DNA of 43,098 nt. It comes from a candidate division WOR-3 bacterium. GTDB lineage: Bacteria > Hydrothermota > Tepidihabitantia > Tepidihabitantales > Tepidihabitantaceae. The first letter of the stretch is position 1. Each line of letters opens with the position of its first letter. The stretch spans positions 1-43,098 of the forward strand of contig CBFGJV010000019.1 in the NCBI GenBank assembly GCA_965649205.1. The letters are read 5' to 3'. The position numbers and the translations under genes are program-made. This document shows, piece after piece, positions 37,538 through 43,098 of the stretch. The notes beneath the pieces were generated by a model that was not told where the DNA came from, made no database searches, and saw nothing but the letters and a program-made list of their open reading frames with translations.

Positions 37538-37565
37538 ATTTTATCGGATTGACCGGTAGAGTCAA
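37538..37565 (-). promoter_or_regulatory. Promoter for four-gene membrane cluster, containing a TTGAC-N7-GTCAA palindrome
   Basis: Minus strand TTGACT, 16 bp, TAAAAT; palindrome at 37549-37565. Confidence 0.7.
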
Positions 37566-37624
37566 CCCCATAGGGAGAAGTTTTCTACTAAGAACTTGGT
37601 GTATCAATTCTTCCTTAGTCTTTC

Positions 37625-37652
37625 TTGCAACATCGGTTCTGGGGGGTATGAT
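37625..37652 (+). promoter_or_regulatory. Promoter for C25 gingipain
   Basis: TTGCAA, 16 bp, TATGAT; GGAGG RBS at 37681. Confidence 0.6.
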
Positions 37653-37689
37653 GTATTGTGTCAACTTGTTCAGACCCTTGGGAGGTAAT

Positions 37690-40600
37690 GTGAGCAAGAT
37701 ACTGTCATTATTGTTTCTACCGGCGCTGCTGCTTGCCGGTGTGGTTACGCATGTTCTGGAGTTTGACCGCTCGCGGCTCGTCTTTGATAAGTTTCAAGGT
37801 TACGACGTGGTAACGTTGGAGGATGGTTTTTTGGTGTCAGAACCAGGCAAGCCTTCTCTACCGGTCGTATCGGTAGTTCTGAGTGTACCTGCAGGAGCGA
37901 TTGTAACTGAAATCGGAGTCACTGCATTAGCTACTGAAGAGCTTGCGGGCAGGTTCAGCATCCTGCCCGTTCAAGAGCCTTACCCCTTGTCGGCGCAGAA
38001 TAAACTGGAGTTCACGGCGCAAGACCCGACCGTATATGGTACGGACAACCCGTTTCCTCCTACTCCTCTTATTGCAAGCAGTTCTGGGAATGCGGCGGGC
38101 TTTCGCCTAGTGGGGTTGAATGTATGTCCGTTTGAGTTTTTACCTGTTTCGGGCAGGCTCCGGTTGCACACGCGTCTGTTGGTTACTATTGCTTATGAAC
38201 AGGATGCCCCCGGTCCGGTACTCACGCCCCATCAGGTTGAGCATGCACGCCAAGGGCTTGAATGCCTGGTCGCCAATCCTTATGACCTTACAACCTTTGC
38301 GCCTCGCACAGCCGAGATTGACTTGCCTGAGGTGCGCTATCTGATTATTACTTCCCAGCAGTTTGTTTCAGCTTTTACACCTTTGGCGGAATACAAGACC
38401 AGTCGGGGACTGCGAGCAGAAATTCGCGCTTCTGAGTGGATAGAGCAGAACTGGACTGGCAGGGACTTACAGGAGAAGATGCGTAATTTCATCCGCCACT
38501 ATTTCCAGACGCGGGGACTTACTCATGTTCTTCTCGCCGGGGATAATGCCTTTGTTCCCTCTCGTCGCATACGAGTTACTGTTTCGGGTACTGTAGGCGA
38601 TATTCCGACCGACCTCTACTACGCAGACCTGGATTATTCGTGGGATTCAAACAGAAACAACTTATTCGGTGAGATGTCCGACTCTGTTGATCTCTACGCG
38701 GATGTGCTCCTCGGCCGGGCGTCCGTCGGAAATACAACCGAAGTAGAGACATTTATCCGCAAGGTGAAAGAGTACGAAGGAAATCCGAAAACTGACTACC
38801 TGCAGCGTACGCTCTTGCCTTCGGGTTGGTTGTGGCGTTCCCAGAACTACCACGGAAGCATACTGAATGACACTATAGCCAATATCACTCCTGCTGGTTG
38901 GCCAGACATAAAGATGAAGAATCCACCGGGCCCTCAGCCCGTGGCTGATTCCTTTGACCACGGATTCGCTTTTTTCAATCCGTCCGGCCACGGCAATCCA
39001 AATGGTGTGTACGACGAGGACGGCACACCCATTTACACTTCCGGGCTGGCTCGGGCCCAGACCAATGATCGACGTTTCACTATAATGACTTCGCTTGCCT
39101 GCGACCCGGGTGATTTCGAGTTTGAGGACTGTCTTGCTGAAAACGCTCACAATGCGCCAGCCGGCGGCTGTATCGCGGTAATGATGAACTCGCGCTTTGG
39201 CTGGGGCCAGCCTCCTTCCTTTGGACCATCGGAGAAACTCTGTGCGCGTTTCTACGACTTTCTGCTCAAACGTAACACTTTTGAGCTTGCTGCCTGTCAC
39301 TCTCGTTCGCGGGAGGTTTATGCTGCTTCGGCCAGGACTAATTCTCTCTGGCGGTGGTGTATGACAGAGTTCAATCTATTTGGTGACCCGTCTCTTGATA
39401 TCTGGACAGATGTGCCGACCCAGCTGACAGTTTCCTGTCCGGATACTATACTGACTGGTGGGCAGACTTTGTCTGTGTCCGTAAGTACTCAATCCGGGCC
39501 GGTGGCAAATGCTCTGGTTTGTGCCTGGAAAGAGTCTGAAACTCAGGTGACTGGCCGCACTAACAACCAGGGACAGGTTAGTCTTTCCGTCCGACCTCTC
39601 ACTCCGGGAACGCTGAAAGTGACGGTTTCGGCCCACAATCGTCTGCCAGCTACAGAAAGTCTGGTTGTAAAACAGGGAGTTCCCGAACCGTATATTATTC
39701 TGGCGCGCTTTGAGATTTCTGATTCGGGCCAGCTACGTCCCAATGGTATCCTGGAACCGGGAGAGACTGCCCGTCTCATTCTGGAGCTTAAGAATTTAGG
39801 GGCAGGGGCGGCTACGAATACGAGTGTTACTTTACGTACTTTGGCCTCTGGGTTGACGTTTCCGGATTCCACCGCCTTTTTGGGCGTGATTCCACCTTAC
39901 TCCATAATGAGCACTGATGACCTGATTCTGCGCGCGGCCCCGAACATTGCTCCTGGTTCATCGCCGGAGGTTATTTGTGTTGTTCGTTCAGCAGAACAGA
40001 ACTGGGACCTCGTTTTTAACATTTCCATCGGTTATCCCGGTAGGGTGTTAGCCGACATTGATACCGGCCTCTGCGCTTTGACCGTGACTGCGCGCGGTTC
40101 CATCGGATTTGACAATGAGGGCGCGCTAGGGGGACGCGGTTTCCGTTTTCCCAAGACGGATACCAGTTCCATAACGACCGCATCGTTCTGTCTGGCTAAT
40201 TCACCAGCTTATGTGGTAGACAGATTCTACAAAACTGTTCCGGGACAGGTTGATGCAGATTGGCGAATGGCAGAAAGCATCTATTCGTTCTTGCCCTTCG
40301 GCAATGCAAGGCAGTTGCTTATCGGCTCCTTCTCTGATGCTGGGCATCCTGCAAGTCGTGGTATTCGGGTAGTGCAGCGTGCTTATGGAACAGATGCGGC
40401 GCCCTATAATAATTTTGTCATTGTCCAGTATGATTTGGTCAACCTTGCCAGTCAGGCACTCAACAACGTCTACGCCGGAATATTGGCTGACTTTGATGTG
40501 AAGGCAACTGACCGTTTCCACGATGTGTGTTACACCTCTGCTTCTCTGCGTACTGCCTACACGCGCAATGTGGTTATTCCCCACAAAGTGTGCGGTATTA

Positions 40601-41178
40601 AGTTACTTTCGCCTGCGGGCATCAGCTATCAGGGTTGCATTGATCACGCTTTATACGTTTACCCGGATTCCGGACTTAGCGAAAGCATGAAGTACCGGAT
40701 ACTAAATGGCAGTTTGGGGCTTGCTGCATCGGATCGTCCCTACAACTGGTCCGTTTACGTTTCCACCGGTCCTTTTGACTTGGCGTCGCAGGACACACAG
40801 CGGCTGGCCTTTGCCTTCATCGCGGCCTCTGATTCTGTTTCTTATATTGGGGCCTGCGAACGTGCTCAGGAATGGTACGAGAGCACCATCAGTATCTCTG
40901 AACCAGGTTCTTTACATCCCGGTTCACTACCACAGTTGTTTGCTGTCGGACCTAATCCTTGTGGTTCTTTGCTCAATCTTTATCTAGATGCATCGCTGTC
41001 CGGTCAAGTTCACGTTGATGCGTTTGACGTTTCCGGCCGCTGGGTAGCTAGAGTTTACAACGGCCCTGCTGGTCGTACGGTAGATTGGCGTGTTTCTAAT
41101 CTTCCGGCCGGTGTTTACGTGCTGTGTGCGCAGGCAGCCAATATCAGGCTTTTCGAACGCGTGACCGTGGTTCGCTGA
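37690..41178 (+). CDS. Gingipain-like C25 cysteine peptidase with propeptide, Ig-like domains and T9SS-type C-terminal domain
   Basis: GTG after GGAGG; signal peptide; PGKPSLP propeptide; YLIIT, VLLAGD, PTDLYYADLD, catalytic SGHG and SLAC, LFGDP; GPNP...AGVYVL C-terminus. Confidence 0.9.
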   Translation: MSKILSLLFLPALLLAGVVTHVLEFDRSRLVFDKFQGYDVVTLEDGFLVSEPGKPSLPVVSVVLSVPAGAIVTEIGVTALATEELAGRFSILPVQEPYPLSAQNKLEFTAQDPTVYGTDNPFPPTPLIASSSGNAAGFRLVGLNVCPFEFLPVSGRLRLHTRLLVTIAYEQDAPGPVLTPHQVEHARQGLECLVANPYDLTTFAPRTAEIDLPEVRYLIITSQQFVSAFTPLAEYKTSRGLRAEIRASEWIEQNWTGRDLQEKMRNFIRHYFQTRGLTHVLLAGDNAFVPSRRIRVTVSGTVGDIPTDLYYADLDYSWDSNRNNLFGEMSDSVDLYADVLLGRASVGNTTEVETFIRKVKEYEGNPKTDYLQRTLLPSGWLWRSQNYHGSILNDTIANITPAGWPDIKMKNPPGPQPVADSFDHGFAFFNPSGHGNPNGVYDEDGTPIYTSGLARAQTNDRRFTIMTSLACDPGDFEFEDCLAENAHNAPAGGCIAVMMNSRFGWGQPPSFGPSEKLCARFYDFLLKRNTFELAACHSRSREVYAASARTNSLWRWCMTEFNLFGDPSLDIWTDVPTQLTVSCPDTILTGGQTLSVSVSTQSGPVANALVCAWKESETQVTGRTNNQGQVSLSVRPLTPGTLKVTVSAHNRLPATESLVVKQGVPEPYIILARFEISDSGQLRPNGILEPGETARLILELKNLGAGAATNTSVTLRTLASGLTFPDSTAFLGVIPPYSIMSTDDLILRAAPNIAPGSSPEVICVVRSAEQNWDLVFNISIGYPGRVLADIDTGLCALTVTARGSIGFDNEGALGGRGFRFPKTDTSSITTASFCLANSPAYVVDRFYKTVPGQVDADWRMAESIYSFLPFGNARQLLIGSFSDAGHPASRGIRVVQRAYGTDAAPYNNFVIVQYDLVNLASQALNNVYAGILADFDVKATDRFHDVCYTSASLRTAYTRNVVIPHKVCGIKLLSPAGISYQGCIDHALYVYPDSGLSESMKYRILNGSLGLAASDRPYNWSVYVSTGPFDLASQDTQRLAFAFIAASDSVSYIGACERAQEWYESTISISEPGSLHPGSLPQLFAVGPNPCGSLLNLYLDASLSGQVHVDAFDVSGRWVARVYNGPAGRTVDWRVSNLPAGVYVLCAQAANIRLFERVTVVR

Positions 41179-41219
41179 AGAAGTCTTACTGGTCAAATTA
41201 TTATGCACTCTGGGCCAGT

Positions 41220-41247
41220 TTGACCCTTATAGTTCTCTCGGTATCAT
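41220..41247 (+). promoter_or_regulatory. Promoter for saccharopine-pathway genes
   Basis: TTGACC, 16 bp, TATCAT, 8 nt, ATG. Confidence 0.68.
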
Positions 41248-41255
41248 TTAGCTCT

Positions 41256-42584
41256 ATGGCCGTTGGTTCACGGATAGGTATTAGGCGTGAAGATAAGAAC
41301 GTGTGGGAGCGTCGAGTCCCGCTGATCCCCGAACAAGTGGGGCAGCTCATTGGCGAACATAAATTGAGTTTCGTAGTGCAACATTCGGATATTCGGGTAT
41401 TTTCTGATATGGAGTACTTAGAGGTAGGGGCAGATGTGCGCGAAGATATATCAGACTGTCCGGTTGTGCTGGGCGTGAAGGAAATGCCTGCGGCTTTCTT
41501 CCAACCCAACCGTACTTATGTTTTCTTTGCCCATGTTATAAAAGGTCAGCCGCAGAATATGCCTATGTTGAAGCGATTGTTGGACCTCGGATGTTCCCTA
41601 ATTGACTATGAGAAGATTACAGATGAAGAGGGACGTAGGTTGGTTTTCTTTGGTCGTTTTGCGGGTATTGCCGGGATGGTGGATGCGTTGGCTGGCCTAG
41701 GTCGCAGGTTGGGAGCGCTAGGGCTAAACACTCCTTTTCTCCGTGTAAGACTAGCTCATGAGTATGGTCGAGTTGATCTTGCCAAGGCGGCTATCGCTGA
41801 GGTAGGAAGAGAGATCATGCAGCAGGGACTACCCGATGAACTGGTTCCTCTGGTTGTGGGTGTTACTGGTTACGGGCATGTAGGGAGGGGCGCTTGGGAG
41901 GTATTGGACGCCTTGGGGGCAATTGAGATTGGGCCAGAGGATTTGCCCGTGTTGGCTGCCGACGGAAACAGATATGCAGTGTACCGGGTTATGTTCAGGG
42001 AAGAACACACTGTGGAACCACGGGAGTTAGGTCACAGGTTTGATCTCGGAGAGTACTTTTCTCACCCAGAAAGATATCGTTCGCGCTTTCAAGAACACCT
42101 ACCCTTTTTGACGGTATTGACCAATTGCATCTATTGGGATGCACGCTATCCTCGTTTGGTGACAAAGGAATGGCTGCGCCGTTTCCGAGCAAACTCGCTC
42201 TCCCGACCGATAGTAATCGGAGACATTTCTTGCGACATAGAGGGTTCTATTGAAGCCACTGTCAAAACTACCAATTCGGGTTCGCCCTTTTTTGTCTACG
42301 ATGCTGTCAGCGGTCGGGTTCAGGATGGTGTTGAGGGAGAGGGTATCTTGATTATGGCAGTAGATAATTTGCCCTGCGAACTGCCCTTTGACTCTTCACG
42401 TGAGTTTGGGGAGGCGCTCTTGCCTTTTGTGCCGGCGTTGGCGAATGCCGATTTCTCTCGACCTTTGGATAAACTGGAACTGCCAGCGCCGTTACGGCGG
42501 GCTCTTATTGTCCACCAGGGTAGATTGTGTCCAGAATACACCTATATCAGTCGGTATCTTAATGACTTAGAAAGGAGAAGTTGA
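41256..42584 (+). CDS. Lysine-ketoglutarate reductase-like protein (LKR domain of AASS; AlaDh/PNT fold)
   Basis: IGIRREDKNVWERRVPL, GVKE, FFAHVIKGQ, LIDYE, FGRFAG, IYWDARYPRL, DISCD, AVDNLPCELP. Confidence 0.88.
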   Translation: MAVGSRIGIRREDKNVWERRVPLIPEQVGQLIGEHKLSFVVQHSDIRVFSDMEYLEVGADVREDISDCPVVLGVKEMPAAFFQPNRTYVFFAHVIKGQPQNMPMLKRLLDLGCSLIDYEKITDEEGRRLVFFGRFAGIAGMVDALAGLGRRLGALGLNTPFLRVRLAHEYGRVDLAKAAIAEVGREIMQQGLPDELVPLVVGVTGYGHVGRGAWEVLDALGAIEIGPEDLPVLAADGNRYAVYRVMFREEHTVEPRELGHRFDLGEYFSHPERYRSRFQEHLPFLTVLTNCIYWDARYPRLVTKEWLRRFRANSLSRPIVIGDISCDIEGSIEATVKTTNSGSPFFVYDAVSGRVQDGVEGEGILIMAVDNLPCELPFDSSREFGEALLPFVPALANADFSRPLDKLELPAPLRRALIVHQGRLCPEYTYISRYLNDLERRS

Positions 42585-42586
42585 GA

Positions 42587-43098
42587 GTGAAAAGGGTTCT
42601 CATACTTGGGGCCGGTTTAGTTTCGCGGCCTATGGTTCATTATCTGTTGGATTTGTCTGACATAGAGGTAACGGTGGCTAGCCGCACTGTAGGGAAGGCG
42701 GAGGAGTTGGTGGGGGCGAGTCCTCGCGGGCATGCAGTCGCTTTTATGGCTGGAGATGATGTCGTGTTGGACGAATTGGTTAAGTAGCATTACCGTGTGG
42801 TTAGTTTGCTTCCATACACATATCATGTAGCCGTGGCGAAACATTGCCTGAAATGGAAGCGGCCATTGGTTACAACTTCCTATGTTAGCGAGGCCATGCG
42901 AGCTCTTGATCGGGAGGCGAGGGAGGCGGGCGTTATACTGCTCAATGAGATAGGCTTGGATCCGGGCATAGACCACATGTCAGCGATGCAGATAATTGAG
43001 CGCGTGAAGAAGGGTGGGGGCAAGGTGACAAGTTTTAAGTCTTATTGTGGGGGATTGCCCGCACCGGAAGCGAATGATAATCCATTAGGATACAAGTT
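42587..43098 (+). pseudogene. Saccharopine dehydrogenase (glutamate-forming type), truncated by window end, with in-frame TAG at 42785-42787
   Basis: VLILGAGLVSRP N-terminus; the frame continues past TAG as [13 protein letters not shown]...VTTSY...[15 protein letters not shown]...[19 protein letters not shown]. Family is clear; pseudogene status is not. Confidence 0.75.

Noticed and set aside
37549..37689. N-terminal extensions in the ORF track (C25, also fusA, purM, MBL, ade, M50, LKR)
   Set aside because: They run through promoters or upstream genes; RBS, signal peptide and family N-termini support later starts
42785..42787. Genome-wide TAG reassignment (alternative genetic code)
   Set aside because: Many genes in the window end at TAG at their expected C-termini, and no other gene is interrupted

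Overview
Bacterial chromosomal window, roughly 55% GC by eye. Gene style (gingipain/C25 and M6 proteases with T9SS-type C-terminal domains) suggests an FCB-related candidate lineage such as WOR-3, which is an inference. It holds four tRNAs without encoded CCA (Arg-ACG, Ser-CGA, Ala-TGC, Pro-CGG), tadA, four secreted proteins with T9SS-like C-terminal domains, nadB, xerD, purM, a degenerate EF-G paralog, rimP-nusA-infB-DUF503, an MBL / CoA-transferase-GNAT / ADP-forming acyl-CoA ligase operon, hypD-hypE-M50-pcm, hpt-ade-LOG-like-ALDH, a four-gene membrane complex of unknown function (DUF6754-type) and saccharopine-pathway genes. No mobile element or CRISPR array is visible. Most notable: (i) the uncharacterised four-subunit membrane complex, transcribed divergently from a gingipain and flanked by lysine-catabolism genes; (ii) a recurring TTGACT-N16-TAnnAT promoter architecture, often leaderless; (iii) long purine/pyrimidine rod hairpins in front of two tRNAs; (iv) a pseudoknot-capable 5' UTR on a His-less gingipain; (v) tadA fused transcriptionally to its substrate tRNA; (vi) an in-frame TAG in saccharopine dehydrogenase.
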